This document shows positions 31,368-41,497 of a DNA stretch of 64,000 nucleotides, piece by piece. The notes beneath the pieces are model-generated. The model made no database searches and had not been told where the DNA came from. It saw only the letters and a program-made list of their open reading frames with translations. The stretch comes from Candidatus Poribacteria bacterium (lineage in GTDB: Bacteria > Poribacteria > WGA-4E > PCPOR2b). The translations under genes were made by a program, and so were the position numbers. Location of the stretch: assembly GCA_965116925.1 (NCBI GenBank), contig OZ220744.1, positions 32,001-96,000 of the forward strand, written 5' to 3'. Numbering within the stretch: the first letter of the stretch is position 1; each line of letters opens with the position of its first letter.

Positions 31368-33845
31368 ATGAACAGATTTCGCTTCCTTCTTGCCCTGATG
31401 CTGTGCTTTATTGCATTTCATACGCAAGCACAACAGGCACCGCTGCCAGACTTTGAGGTGGACAGCACAAGTTTTGTGTTTTCCAACCCATCTCCGCTTG
31501 AGGGGGAGGAGATCACGATTTCTATCATTGTTAAAAACGTGGGGCAGGTCGCTCCGACCATGAATGAAGATCTTATCGTCAATCTTTACGAAGGTGCCCC
31601 GGATACAACGCCCCTACAGATTATGTGTAGAGATGTGATTTTGGGGTTGGGAGTTGGCGAATCGAAAAGCGTTAAAACGCAATGGCGACCACCGCCCGGG
31701 ACAACGGAAGTGTATGCTGTCGTTAATCCAGCGGGGGACGATAAAGAGATTCAGGAAGCCAACCGCAGCAATAACATCGCTCACACTTCGATTACTGCTA
31801 CACGACGCACGTTTCCCAAGGCAACTCCCAACCAGATCCAAAACGCAATACAAAGAGGGGTGGAGTGGGTAAGAGCCCAACAGGGTAAACATAACCGCAC
31901 CTGCTTACAGTGCGGTTCCGAGAATCAACTTATCTCAATCTGTGTCATCTGCGGCGCGACACTCAAAGGGTTGCCTGAAGATCTTATACCCGGTCCAGCG
32001 TGGGACTTGGGGGAAGATAGTAAGCAAGAAACTGCGCTTGCGATGCTCGCTTTGATGTCGGCGGGGGTTCCTTCCTCAGATCCTGCTATACAACAGGGGC
32101 TCGATTTTCTTATGCAGCAGGATTGGAATTCCTTTGATGCCTACGTTCACTCCATCGTTTTGCCCACGCTCGTTGCTGCCGACCTGCCAGAATATCGCAA
32201 GCGTGCCCAGTTTTCAGTGAATCAGCTCGTTAAGCTTCAGTTGCCATTTGGGGGCGAGGAGTTTTCAGATCCAAGAGATTTTGGTGGTTGGGGCTACGGG
32301 GCAACAGCCGATGGGGCGCACTTTAACTGGGTTATTTACGCCCTTTACGCTGCAAAACAGTGGGGACTTGACGTTCCCGCAGAGACTTGGAAACGCGCCG
32401 AAGAATGGATTCGCAGCAATCAGACAGAGACCGGCGGTTGGCTCTATAATCGGGTGGAGCACGGCTCACCTTGGGCGGAAGGCGTCTACGGTAGCATGAC
32501 CGCGACAGGGCTTTGGACGCTCCGCGCGTTTGGCGTGCCTGTTGAGGACCCACAGGTGCAGAAGGGGTTGGAGTGGGTCAAAAAACATTGGTCACTTACT
32601 CGCAATCCCGGCGCGAACTCTTGGCATCACTACTATTTTGTGACATTACAACGTTTCTGCGACATCCCACCGAAACAGGATACGCTGGTTGGACATGATT
32701 GGTATCAGGACATCGCTAGTATGTTCGTTGCCGAGCAGCAACCCGATGGACGCTGGATCGATCACGAGGACTATTTCCCCACAACCTGCTTCGCGCTGAT
32801 GTTTCTGACACGTTCCTTGCCGAAACCGATGCAGCCAGACCTCGGTGCCGTGAACCGTAGCTTGCGCTACTCTCCGCCTTCGCCGCGTGTCGGCGATCCT
32901 GTACGAATCAGCGTAACACTGACAAATACCGGCGCACCAATTGAAGCAACGATTCCTGTAAATTTTTACGATGGACCTCCGGCGCAAGGGGGAAGAAAAA
33001 TCGATTCTCAAGAGGTCCTCTTTAATGAGAATCTTGATGAAACCACTACTGAAATTAATTGGATCCCAAGCGAGGACGGAAATCTTACACTCTATGTCGT
33101 CGTTGACCCAAGTCAGGATATTGCGGACCTGAATCGCGATAACAATACCATATCACAGCAATTAACCATCCGCCCGGAGTCCGCAGATGCGATTGACCCA
33201 GCTTCCGATATTCAGGAGATCGGTGATGGCATCTATCAAATTGGGACTGTCACTGTTGATGCCAATAAACATGAAGTGGTGATGAACGGTGAAATCAACC
33301 TTATCAGTCCGGAGACCATCCTCGAATTTTTTGCTGTCGGTGAATTGGGCAAGACACATGAGAGCCTCATTATGCTCGACGCAGAGCCGATACACATCCA
33401 ACTCGCGCTGCTCCGCTTGAATCTGAATCCGGGTATGAACCTCACTGTGGAAGGCGATCCCCATCTTCCCAAAGGCGATCCGGTCGAGCTATGGGTCGAA
33501 TGGGCACGCGGTGAGCAGATCATTCGGCATCGTGCCGAAGAACTGGTGTGGAATGTGATGACGAAGCAGCCGATGCAACAAACCCACTGGGTTTTCACTG
33601 GTGGACGCTTTCTCCGTAACCAGTTCACCACTCAGCTGTTTCACAATATCATTGCTGTTTACCGCGATCCAGACTCAATCTTTAACCATCCGCTGCCTGG
33701 GGGCACAGACGACCGAACCTACCGCGTCAATACAGATGTTGTGCCGCCCAAGGCAACGCCGGTAAAAATCATTGCCCGACAAATTCAGAGTGAGACGCAG
33801 GGGAACCGACTCGATAGCCCTACCAATCAGCGACTGGGTGAATAG
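31368..33845 (+). CDS. Multidomain secreted protein: CARDB + zinc ribbon + prenyltransferase/squalene-oxidase-repeat barrel + CARDB + YdjY-like domain
   Basis: PDFEV...EANRSNN; CLQC/CVIC; GGWGY, QTETGGWLY, QQPDGRW; C-terminal GKTHESL...GDPVELWVEW...WVFTGG. Confidence 0.72.
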   Translation: MNRFRFLLALMLCFIAFHTQAQQAPLPDFEVDSTSFVFSNPSPLEGEEITISIIVKNVGQVAPTMNEDLIVNLYEGAPDTTPLQIMCRDVILGLGVGESKSVKTQWRPPPGTTEVYAVVNPAGDDKEIQEANRSNNIAHTSITATRRTFPKATPNQIQNAIQRGVEWVRAQQGKHNRTCLQCGSENQLISICVICGATLKGLPEDLIPGPAWDLGEDSKQETALAMLALMSAGVPSSDPAIQQGLDFLMQQDWNSFDAYVHSIVLPTLVAADLPEYRKRAQFSVNQLVKLQLPFGGEEFSDPRDFGGWGYGATADGAHFNWVIYALYAAKQWGLDVPAETWKRAEEWIRSNQTETGGWLYNRVEHGSPWAEGVYGSMTATGLWTLRAFGVPVEDPQVQKGLEWVKKHWSLTRNPGANSWHHYYFVTLQRFCDIPPKQDTLVGHDWYQDIASMFVAEQQPDGRWIDHEDYFPTTCFALMFLTRSLPKPMQPDLGAVNRSLRYSPPSPRVGDPVRISVTLTNTGAPIEATIPVNFYDGPPAQGGRKIDSQEVLFNENLDETTTEINWIPSEDGNLTLYVVVDPSQDIADLNRDNNTISQQLTIRPESADAIDPASDIQEIGDGIYQIGTVTVDANKHEVVMNGEINLISPETILEFFAVGELGKTHESLIMLDAEPIHIQLALLRLNLNPGMNLTVEGDPHLPKGDPVELWVEWARGEQIIRHRAEELVWNVMTKQPMQQTHWVFTGGRFLRNQFTTQLFHNIIAVYRDPDSIFNHPLPGGTDDRTYRVNTDVVPPKATPVKIIARQIQSETQGNRLDSPTNQRLGE

Positions 33846-33913
33846 GCAAATCGTCTGACGTAAGTCCCCCGATGCTTCATTGAGGGTTCAAAGCAACTTG
33901 AGAGGGACTAACG

Positions 33914-34849
33914 GTGAACATTCACGATAGCGGATATAAAAAACTCTTTTCCAATCAAACCATATTTCGACAACTGCTTGAAACCTTTGTCAAACAACAA
34001 TGGATCGATCAACTCGATTTTTCGACTTGTGAAACGCTTGATAAATCATTCATCTCTCAACACTACCAAGAAACCGAGAGCGACTTGATTTACAAAGTCC
34101 AGTTGCGTAACCATGAGGTTTATATTTACATCCTCATTGAGTTTCAATCTACCATTGATCCGTTCATGGCGTTACGGGTCCTCAACTACATCACCAACTT
34201 CTACATGGACTATATTGCCAATCACAGACAGGTCAAAAAACTACCCGCAGTCTTTCCTATCGTGCTATACAATGGAGAAGACCGCTGGACAGCACCAATT
34301 AACCTCTCTGATTTAATTGAACAAACGCCGTCATTGGGCGCATTTGCTTTAGATTTTCAGTATTTCCTGATTGCTGAGAACCAATACAGCCAACAAGCTC
34401 TGTTGAAAATCCGAAATATCGTATCCACGCTGTTTTTAGCTGAATCACATTACGATGTAGATGTACTGGAGACGGAATTGCTGAATCTGTTTTCATCGGA
34501 AGCGGACAAGCGGGCGGTCAGTCTGTTCTTAAACTGGTTCAAGCAATTGGCACTCCACGGACGGATTGCGTCTGAGGATTATGAGTCATTAGAAACCATC
34601 TATCGAAACGAAGAGGAGGTAAGGACCATGTTAATCACTGCACTAGAAAAAGAGAAGCAGCAAATCTATCATAACGGGCACATAGAAGGCAAAAGAGAAG
34701 GACACCTCGAAGGCAAAATTGAAACCGCCCAGGCAATGCTTTCAAGGGGAATGGAGATTAGACTCATCGCTGAAATTACAAATCTTCCAGAGGCACAACT
34801 CTTGCAACTAAAAGTTGAACTTACTGCCAAAAACAGGTCGCATCAATGA
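33914..34849 (+). CDS. Rpn-family (YhgA-like, PD-(D/E)XK) nuclease/putative toxin
   Basis: HDSGYKKLFS, ESDLIY, LIEFQS, PIVLYNG, C-terminal EGKREGHLEGK repeats. Confidence 0.9.
   Translation: MNIHDSGYKKLFSNQTIFRQLLETFVKQQWIDQLDFSTCETLDKSFISQHYQETESDLIYKVQLRNHEVYIYILIEFQSTIDPFMALRVLNYITNFYMDYIANHRQVKKLPAVFPIVLYNGEDRWTAPINLSDLIEQTPSLGAFALDFQYFLIAENQYSQQALLKIRNIVSTLFLAESHYDVDVLETELLNLFSSEADKRAVSLFLNWFKQLALHGRIASEDYESLETIYRNEEEVRTMLITALEKEKQQIYHNGHIEGKREGHLEGKIETAQAMLSRGMEIRLIAEITNLPEAQLLQLKVELTAKNRSHQ
34628..34849 (+). CDS. Putative internal in-frame small protein (RpnS-like antitoxin), 73 aa
   Basis: AGGAGGT at 34614-34620, 7 nt before in-frame ATG 34628, ahead of the repeat/helical C-terminus. 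Confidence 0.6.
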   Translation: MLITALEKEKQQIYHNGHIEGKREGHLEGKIETAQAMLSRGMEIRLIAEITNLPEAQLLQLKVELTAKNRSHQ

Positions 34850-34970
34850 ATCCACGAATCTACGCGAATCTGTGCGAAACCATTTCTGATGGTGAGAGTA
34901 TAATTGAGTATAAATCAGCGCGATTAGCGGAACAATGACAAACCCTGTTAGAAACATAAGGACGAGTTAT

Positions 34971-36026
34971 ATGGCACAACAACTTAATCCCAAAGAACAT
35001 AAAATGGTCATTCTCGCCGAAGGTTCATTCGGCATCCTCGAATCAAAAGCAGCGACGGTGTTGGTACGCTACCATACCGATAACGTCGTCGCTGTTATTG
35101 ACAGCGAACAGGCTGGGAAAGATGTCAGTGAGGTTATTGAGATCGGAGAGGGAATTCCGGTCCTTAGCAGCCTTGCGGAAGCGATGGAATTGAACCCAAC
35201 GATGCTCGCCATTGGAATCGCGCCACCGGGGGGTGAATTGCCCGAACCGTGGATAGCGATTCTGAAAGAAGCTATCGGACATGGGCTGCATGTCATGAGT
35301 GGACTCCACTGGTTCCTGAGTGACGATCCACAACTTGCCGACCTCGCTAAACGTAACAACGTCACGTTGTGGGATGTACGAAAGCCTCCGGCAGACCTTC
35401 CGATTGCAACCTGCAAAGCCGACGAAGTAGATCAAACGGTTATCCTGACCGTTGGATCAGATTGTCGAATTGGCAAGATGGTGACAGCGATTGAACTCGC
35501 AGAGACAGCGAGAAATCGGGGCGTGGACGCCGAATTTTGTGCGACAGGTCAGAATGGTATTATGATCTCCGGCTGGGGAATCGCCATTGACGCGGTGATA
35601 TCCGACTTCACAGCGGGCGCGTCAGAGCAGATTGTCTTGGAAGGGGCAACGAAGGCGCATGACCTCCTGATTGTCGAGGGGCAGGGATCGCTGGTGCACC
35701 CCGGCTATTCGGGTGTTACATTGAGTCTCCTACACGGCTCGATGCCCGATGCCATAATCTTCTGCCATCAGCCTTCACGGAAAATTGTCGCCCGGTACAC
35801 TGTGCCCCTCCCTCCAGTACCAGAATTGATCCGTCAGTATGAGATGCTTGCCAACCCCATTAAACCCGCCAAAGTCATTGGGATCGGTCTCAACTGCTTT
35901 GATCTCACCGAAGAAGAAGCCCATCAAGCTGTTGAGGACACAGAGCGAGAGACAGGACTACCCGCCACGGATGTCATCCGTTTTGGAGCGGATAAGTTGG
36001 TTGATGCGATTGGGAGGATCCGTTGA
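34971..36026 (+). CDS. DUF1611 family protein (DgcN-like N-acetyltransferase/P-loop)
   Basis: GIAPPGG, VGSDCRIGKM, TGQNGI, VEGQGSLVHP, LLHGS. Confidence 0.88.
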   Translation: MAQQLNPKEHKMVILAEGSFGILESKAATVLVRYHTDNVVAVIDSEQAGKDVSEVIEIGEGIPVLSSLAEAMELNPTMLAIGIAPPGGELPEPWIAILKEAIGHGLHVMSGLHWFLSDDPQLADLAKRNNVTLWDVRKPPADLPIATCKADEVDQTVILTVGSDCRIGKMVTAIELAETARNRGVDAEFCATGQNGIMISGWGIAIDAVISDFTAGASEQIVLEGATKAHDLLIVEGQGSLVHPGYSGVTLSLLHGSMPDAIIFCHQPSRKIVARYTVPLPPVPELIRQYEMLANPIKPAKVIGIGLNCFDLTEEEAHQAVEDTERETGLPATDVIRFGADKLVDAIGRIR

Positions 36027-36158
36027 CGCAGCCGATCCAGACTAAGAGTTGCAGTTGGGCTATTAAGGTGAACAGCGTGCAAAGACGTAAACGTAAATAG
36101 TGCAGCGGATCATTCAAGTGAAAAAGGTGACGAGAAGCCGTGGGAAAAGAGGTGCAAC

Positions 36159-36953
36159 TCAGCTTGGAGTCCCCATTCCGATTTTTCCAAGAGGTTCAGA
36201 GGCGAGCTTTTTGATGGTTTCGATGAACGATTCTCTCGACTGATCAAAAATATCGATCTTTAAGCCGTTGATAAGAGCAATATTGTCCGCAATTCCATAG
36301 CGAGCGATAGTGACATGATTAAGCAGATGTTCACGTAGAACAACCATATCGCCAACCTCGGCGATCGCATCATCAACCGCTTGCCGGATCCACTGGAGGC
36401 AGCGAAATCCGTAGGCACAATCCGAGCAAGCAAGATTCCAATACACGTCCACGACCACCTTTCCCGATATCAGTTCAACTTGGGGCGTTCTTTTTGCGAT
36501 TGAAAATACCTGCTGATGTGGTGCAAACGCCTTCAACAGAAGAACGTATTCCCCTTCTCCTTCGATAATCTTATAGCCTCGCTCAAAGAATACTTCTTTC
36601 GATTTCCACGACCACAATGCAATTCCCCGTCCTTGCATTTGAGAATCCCGCTCTACCTCACTAAGCAGTAGCTGTGCGGCATCGCCGAGACGATTGTGGT
36701 TTTGCCAATCGAACACACAAAGAATGACGTTGACGAAAGTGCCCTGAAGGTTATCAAGGGCTTGTTCAACAGGCATCCATTCAATCGAAGCGGCTTTCTC
36801 ACTCGATTCATCGAATGCCACTTTGCGCCGGAACCCCTTGGGTAACATTTTCCGAACCCATGCCCGTCGGATTTCGTGGATTTCTCCGGATTCTGGGTAG
36901 AGTTGCCCCACATTATTTAAAGTCAGATTGATAATCCTGAATCCCATTGCCAT
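36159..36953 (-). CDS. Hypothetical protein (GNAT/YoaP-like with CxxC thioredoxin-like C-terminus)
   Basis: IEWMP...ILCV, FFERGY, CSDC motif. Confidence 0.5.
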   Translation of the reverse strand: MAMGFRIINLTLNNVGQLYPESGEIHEIRRAWVRKMLPKGFRRKVAFDESSEKAASIEWMPVEQALDNLQGTFVNVILCVFDWQNHNRLGDAAQLLLSEVERDSQMQGRGIALWSWKSKEVFFERGYKIIEGEGEYVLLLKAFAPHQQVFSIAKRTPQVELISGKVVVDVYWNLACSDCAYGFRCLQWIRQAVDDAIAEVGDMVVLREHLLNHVTIARYGIADNIALINGLKIDIFDQSRESFIETIKKLASEPLGKIGMGTPS

Positions 36954-37053
36954 ATTAGAGATATATTCCCCGCTTGTTTCCAGTATTAGGAAAACAACGA
37001 CTTAAACTGCTAACTAGCAGCGAAGTGTTAGAACTTGAATCAAGGCAGTGTGC

Positions 37054-37419
37054 TTATCCCCAAGTTCCATCTTTGCGCTGATGAAGCATCAAGCGGTTAC
37101 CAAAAGGATCTTCAAAAAATGTCATGTAACAGACAGCCGTCTCTTTGGGGCCATCAACATAAAACCCTTTGTCGCGCAACTCTTCCGTTGCGACATGTAT
37201 GTTTTCTACAGCAAGTGCAACCATTGTTCCCGGTGGGCCCGCATCCCAAAGTGCCAGCGTTACCGGTTCCGTTGAGAGTTCTGCCCAATGAGGATTAGAT
37301 TGAGGATTGTACGATACCGGCATCCCCAGTATGTCCCGGTAGAATTTGATGGCTTGTTCCAGTTTCTTTCTATCTGCTTGGAATAGATTAACAACAAAGT
37401 CAATGCCTTTTACTTTCAT
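37054..37419 (-). CDS. VOC/glyoxalase family protein
   Basis: AIKFYRDILG, FEDPFGNRLMLHQ. Confidence 0.9.
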   Translation of the reverse strand: MKVKGIDFVVNLFQADRKKLEQAIKFYRDILGMPVSYNPQSNPHWAELSTEPVTLALWDAGPPGTMVALAVENIHVATEELRDKGFYVDGPKETAVCYMTFFEDPFGNRLMLHQRKDGTWG

Positions 37420-37449
37420 ATCTACTTCCTTTTGATCTGTTGCTGGTGC

Positions 37450-38205
37450 TTAATGGGTCGGCGTAAATCGGCAAACCCTATCGAATGAAATCCGCAACCT
37501 CGGCAGTGCTTCGTAGGGCCAAGGATTAAAAGACTGGGGGATATAGTGGCACGCGAAACTGTGGCGGAATGCCCCCGTCTCCAAAATTGGACCGCCGCGA
37601 TGGATAAGCCTACCGTGGAAGAATACCACATCCCCCTTTGAGGCTTCGACAGTGACTTCTGGAAGCCCATTGCGTTCAAATAGAGCCTCGAATGCGTCTT
37701 CGTGCTGCCAACCATACCAAGGTCCCGGTTTGCCGTTTTCGTCGGTTCTAAAATCCTTCTTATCAATGATCGGACCTTTGTGAGAACCAACTTGAACGTG
37801 GATACTTCCATTCCACGCGCCAACCTCCTGCAGGGCAATCCATGCCGACATGCAGCCCGGAAGATGGTATGCGTCCTGATGCCGACGCTGCTCCGAACCG
37901 ACATAGAAATACATACTCTGTACTGCATCCGGCTCATCGCCGAGAAGCGTCCGCAACGGTTGGTACAGTCTGCTATCCAGCATCCACTCTAATCCCACAG
38001 GTTCGTGCAGGGAACGATTGTGCGTCCGCCGCCAGTCGTCTGGCTTCCGTGGGGGATAGCCCTCGACAGTCTTGCGCCCGGCATGTAGATCCATCATATA
38101 TTCGATAAACCGATCGCACTCATCTGAATCAAAAGCACTTTTGGCGATAGTGAAACCATCCTGTTCGTATTCCTCTTTCTGAACCGATGTCAATTGTATA
38201 TCCAT
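37450..38205 (-). CDS. PhyH-family Fe(II)/2OG dioxygenase
   Basis: RHQD, AWIAL...NGSIHVQVGSH, HGRLIHRG. Confidence 0.9.
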   Translation of the reverse strand: MDIQLTSVQKEEYEQDGFTIAKSAFDSDECDRFIEYMMDLHAGRKTVEGYPPRKPDDWRRTHNRSLHEPVGLEWMLDSRLYQPLRTLLGDEPDAVQSMYFYVGSEQRRHQDAYHLPGCMSAWIALQEVGAWNGSIHVQVGSHKGPIIDKKDFRTDENGKPGPWYGWQHEDAFEALFERNGLPEVTVEASKGDVVFFHGRLIHRGGPILETGAFRHSFACHYIPQSFNPWPYEALPRLRISFDRVCRFTPTH

Positions 38206-38241
38206 AAAAACCTCACTGAGCAATCTTGTGAGAGGGATCTT

Positions 38242-39102
38242 CTATACGCCCTCCAACACAACCTCAAGTTCCGCGACACTAGCAACCGCCACCAAAGCAG
38301 TGCTCACACCTTGATTCTCAAGCACCCACGATAACGCCTTCCCGGTCGGCGAAATCTTTTCCTCCGATTCAGCCAATTCACTCCAAGGACCAGCCGTAAA
38401 AGAATAGACAAGCGACAATTCGCTACGCATACTCTCACCGAGGGGCGAAAGTTTCACCAGAGTCTCTTCCGTCGCTTTGGTCCAGTCCGTCCCGGTTTTA
38501 TGTGCCCAACTCAGGTACTGCCCGCCGAGTGCCTTCATTACCAAGACTCCCTTTCCCGCTTTGGAGGATGCCCGAATACCTGCTGCCTGATCGCGGCAGA
38601 CGTAATTGTAGATAACCAAGTCTGCATCCGCCGCCTTTTCTGGACCGCGCGTTACATAGGCATCTTGGTCCTCCTCAAAATGGCGTATTGTACAAAGCGA
38701 TCGCACCTTCCCCATCTGTTTGAGATCGGCGATTCGTTTCCTCAACTGGACATCCTTCATATAAGCGTAATAGTGCACCCGGAGGATGTCAATCGCGTCT
38801 CTACGTATATTCACGAGATGCTTATCAATTATGCCTTCTAAATCTGCTGCTGTGGGTGCGCCTACTTTCAGGGAGAAGTGGTGCTCGTCCGTATTACCCT
38901 TCAACTCTTCCGGGATATGAATTTCATCCCCGTAACCCATGTCAAATAGATTTATCCCGGCTTCGGCTGCTCGCAGATAAATCCGCCGCTTCTCTTCGGG
39001 TGGCGGATGACCGGACTCTCCCTCCCAATAGTGTGCGAGGAGTCCTCCCGTCCCTATAACACTCAACCGCATCCCTGTTCTTCCAAATTCACGATATTCC
39101 AT
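38242..39102 (-). CDS. Aldo/keto reductase family protein
   Basis: MEYREFGRTGMRLSVIG, GINLFD, GKVRS, MKALGG. Confidence 0.82.
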   Translation of the reverse strand: MEYREFGRTGMRLSVIGTGGLLAHYWEGESGHPPPEEKRRIYLRAAEAGINLFDMGYGDEIHIPEELKGNTDEHHFSLKVGAPTAADLEGIIDKHLVNIRRDAIDILRVHYYAYMKDVQLRKRIADLKQMGKVRSLCTIRHFEEDQDAYVTRGPEKAADADLVIYNYVCRDQAAGIRASSKAGKGVLVMKALGGQYLSWAHKTGTDWTKATEETLVKLSPLGESMRSELSLVYSFTAGPWSELAESEEKISPTGKALSWVLENQGVSTALVAVASVAELEVVLEGV

Positions 39103-39160
39103 AATATGCCTTTCTAACGAATTTTCTCGCCATGTAAAGAAATTGGGCGACAACAATCAC

Positions 39161-39378
39161 AGGGGCGGACACTCCCCGCCCGAACATTTTGGGTTTTGGG
39201 CAAACTGTAGGGGCAACCCTTGTGGTTGCTCGTCTTTAGTGTTTCTTTTATTTCTGAAGATTCGTGTTAATTCGCGGAGACTTTAATACTTTGCACCTCT
39301 TTTCAAATTATCCCTGTAAGGTGCCAGGCACCGATAAACTAATGAACCCATGAACAAATGGTTTTCACGTTTCACGTT
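39161..39378. repeat. Intergenic cluster of REP-like palindromes and short tandem repeats
   Basis: AGGGGCGGACACTCCCCGCCC, GTAGGGGCAACCCTTGTGGTTGCTC, GGTGCCAGGCACC, TTTCACG x2. Confidence 0.6.
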
Positions 39379-40188
39379 ACCCATCGTCAGTTTCCGCACT
39401 ACGGAAGTTTAGCGTGAACATCCGTCTGCCCACACGTCCCCCAAACGACGCATGCCAAAGTTGATGGCTGAAAAAGACAACATCGCCCGGCTCAGACTCA
39501 ATGGGGAAACTCGGAATGTCGCACGGTGCTAGTCCGAAGTGATTCACATCGGGATCCGACAGGAATCGTTCCGCACCCTCCTTATTTCCTGTCGCCTGCT
39601 CCCACATTTCAAGGAGTTTTGGGCGCACATTCTCAAACTTATGGGGATCATCTTTCGACGCAGCGGAAGGGACATTCAGGTGAAGCGACCATAACCGATC
39701 GTGGTACGGATTCCGATGCGCGCCCGGAATAACACGCAGGCAGCCCGTGTCCTTGCCGACCGGATCTAGATAAAATGCAATCTTGATGCTCGGATGGTAA
39801 TGATACCGCCACGCCCGACATTTTTGTTGGGGTCGCTTTGACCTTCCGGGATGTGCGGATCCCACCCCATGTCCGGATGCCAGACAGTATCTCCCACGTA
39901 GAAATTGCCATCGTTTCCTTGGTGGAACGTATAACCAGGTCCTAGTAGTTGTTCAATCGGTCCCTCGATACGTTCACTCTTGACCAGCAATTTCGCGCAT
40001 GGTCGTCCAAGGAACCAGTCGTTCACTTGTTGGCGTTTTTTACCATCGAAGGGTTTACCATCTCGATCTTCGAGCATCGCTGCTTCAAAGTCGCGGATAA
40101 TGATAGCCATTTCATTGGGGGAGAACAGTTGCCGAAGTACGACAAATCCGAACACCTCAAAATGTTGTTGTTGTGGTTTGGTGAGCAT
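39377..40188 (-). pseudogene. PhyH-family dioxygenase split by a single frameshift
   Basis: N-half (FEVFGFVVLRQL...WHPD) and C-half (IKIAFYLD...GCLRVIPGAH...LWHASFGG..RR) lie in different frames, switching near 39810-39825. Confidence 0.8.
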
Positions 40189-40226
40189 ATTTTCCTCCAG
40201 ATATGCCTTTCACCGATTCTCCATAA

Positions 40227-41219
40227 TCACAAAGAAATCACCTCTTTTTTGTGATGAGAATCGAGTATGGCGTGTGAGATTTTAAGAGCCGCCAAGCCGT
40301 CGGCACCCGTAACTGACGGGGGCAGATCGTTGGCTATACAATCAATAAAATGACGACTTTCCATCTCGTAGCAATCTGAGGTGGCATAGGAATCATCGAT
40401 CACTTCAATGTGCTCGTGTTCCATCTCACAGGTTTGCCAACGGAAATGTTTTCCAGTCCAGAGTCCCGGACCATCCACAACCGCCGTACCTAGAGTGCCA
40501 ATGATCCCTCGGGCGTTCATGCCGAGGTGAGAGGACCAACTGGCATGAATTACGGCTGTGCCTCCATTGGATAGGGTCAGAACCACATGTGCATTGTCAT
40601 CGAAACCCTTCAGATCTGGATTGGAGACAACAATATTTGCGCGGACATCGACGATTTCTCCCGCTATCCATCGGATAAGATCAATATCGTGTGAAAGGGA
40701 CTCAATACTCATTCCGCACATCAGTTGCGGGTCAGTCCGCCAATTGTACCCTTGAGGAATTCCGGGACCAATCCGTTGACTCCACATATTGACAAGTTTA
40801 CCCAATGTACCGGTGTGAACCATCTCCTTGAGACGATTAAACCCCGTTCTAAACCGATTGTTAAAAGCGATCATCAATTTTACATCAGCTCGTTCGGCGG
40901 CTTGTACCATGGTCACAGCATCAGCTAAGGAGATAGAAATCGGCTTTTCACAGACGACGTGCTTTCCAGCTTCAATCGCCGTCAGTGCCAATTCCCGATG
41001 GGTAGAAGGGGGCGTGAGGATGTATACCACATCAGCGCGATCCACACAATTTTCTAAGTTCTTATAAGCCGTTGCCCCAACCGTACTTGCAAGGATTTCA
41101 GCGCGCTCCTTATTCGGGTCAACGATGCCAACGACATTTGCGCTAGGAATACGCATCAGCGAACTGACGTGTGTTCTGGCAATCCCTCCAGCACCGGCCA
41201 TTATAATATTTATCATCAT
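40227..41219 (-). CDS. Gfo/Idh/MocA family oxidoreductase
   Basis: GAGGIA, CEKPI, HDID. Confidence 0.9.
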   Translation of the reverse strand: MMINIIMAGAGGIARTHVSSLMRIPSANVVGIVDPNKERAEILASTVGATAYKNLENCVDRADVVYILTPPSTHRELALTAIEAGKHVVCEKPISISLADAVTMVQAAERADVKLMIAFNNRFRTGFNRLKEMVHTGTLGKLVNMWSQRIGPGIPQGYNWRTDPQLMCGMSIESLSHDIDLIRWIAGEIVDVRANIVVSNPDLKGFDDNAHVVLTLSNGGTAVIHASWSSHLGMNARGIIGTLGTAVVDGPGLWTGKHFRWQTCEMEHEHIEVIDDSYATSDCYEMESRHFIDCIANDLPPSVTGADGLAALKISHAILDSHHKKEVISL

Positions 41220-41336
41220 CGTATCCTTTTTGATTTGGGTGTAACTGAATTTGTGAGACTTCAGGGAGTTATTCAGACCTTGGATAGATAAGTTTTACGA
41301 ACTCCGGTGCCCGTTATATCGCGCAGCTTTTTCCGC

Positions 41337-41365
41337 TTGACAGCCGACCCCCAAAGTGCTAAACT
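41337..41365 (+). promoter_or_regulatory. Sigma70-type promoter
   Basis: TTGACA-17 bp-TAAACT, about 130 nt before ATG 41498. Confidence 0.6.
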
Positions 41366-41497
41366 GCAACGAGATACTATCATTATCGGTCCGACAGATC
41401 AAGAAAAAGTTCGGTGTTCTAAACCGGTAAAGTCCAGATCTCAATTATTGAATTTTCTCAGAAATCCCTTCGCAGCGTCTGGGAAGGTAGGTTAACC

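Noticed and set aside
31368..33845. Squalene-hopene cyclase or alpha-2-macroglobulin
   Set aside because: No DxDD catalytic motif or CxEQ thioester motif; only QW-like barrel repeats.
33914..34849. Rpn as an active transposase/IS
   Set aside because: No terminal inverted repeats or target duplication seen, and the family is not shown to transpose.
39800..39835. Programmed -1 ribosomal frameshift in the split PhyH gene
   Set aside because: No X XXY YYZ heptamer in the correct frame and no clear downstream stimulator.
41400..41450. Purine riboswitch-like words (GTTCTA...CCGGTAAA)
   Set aside because: P1-P3 stems and spacing do not fit the purine riboswitch consensus.
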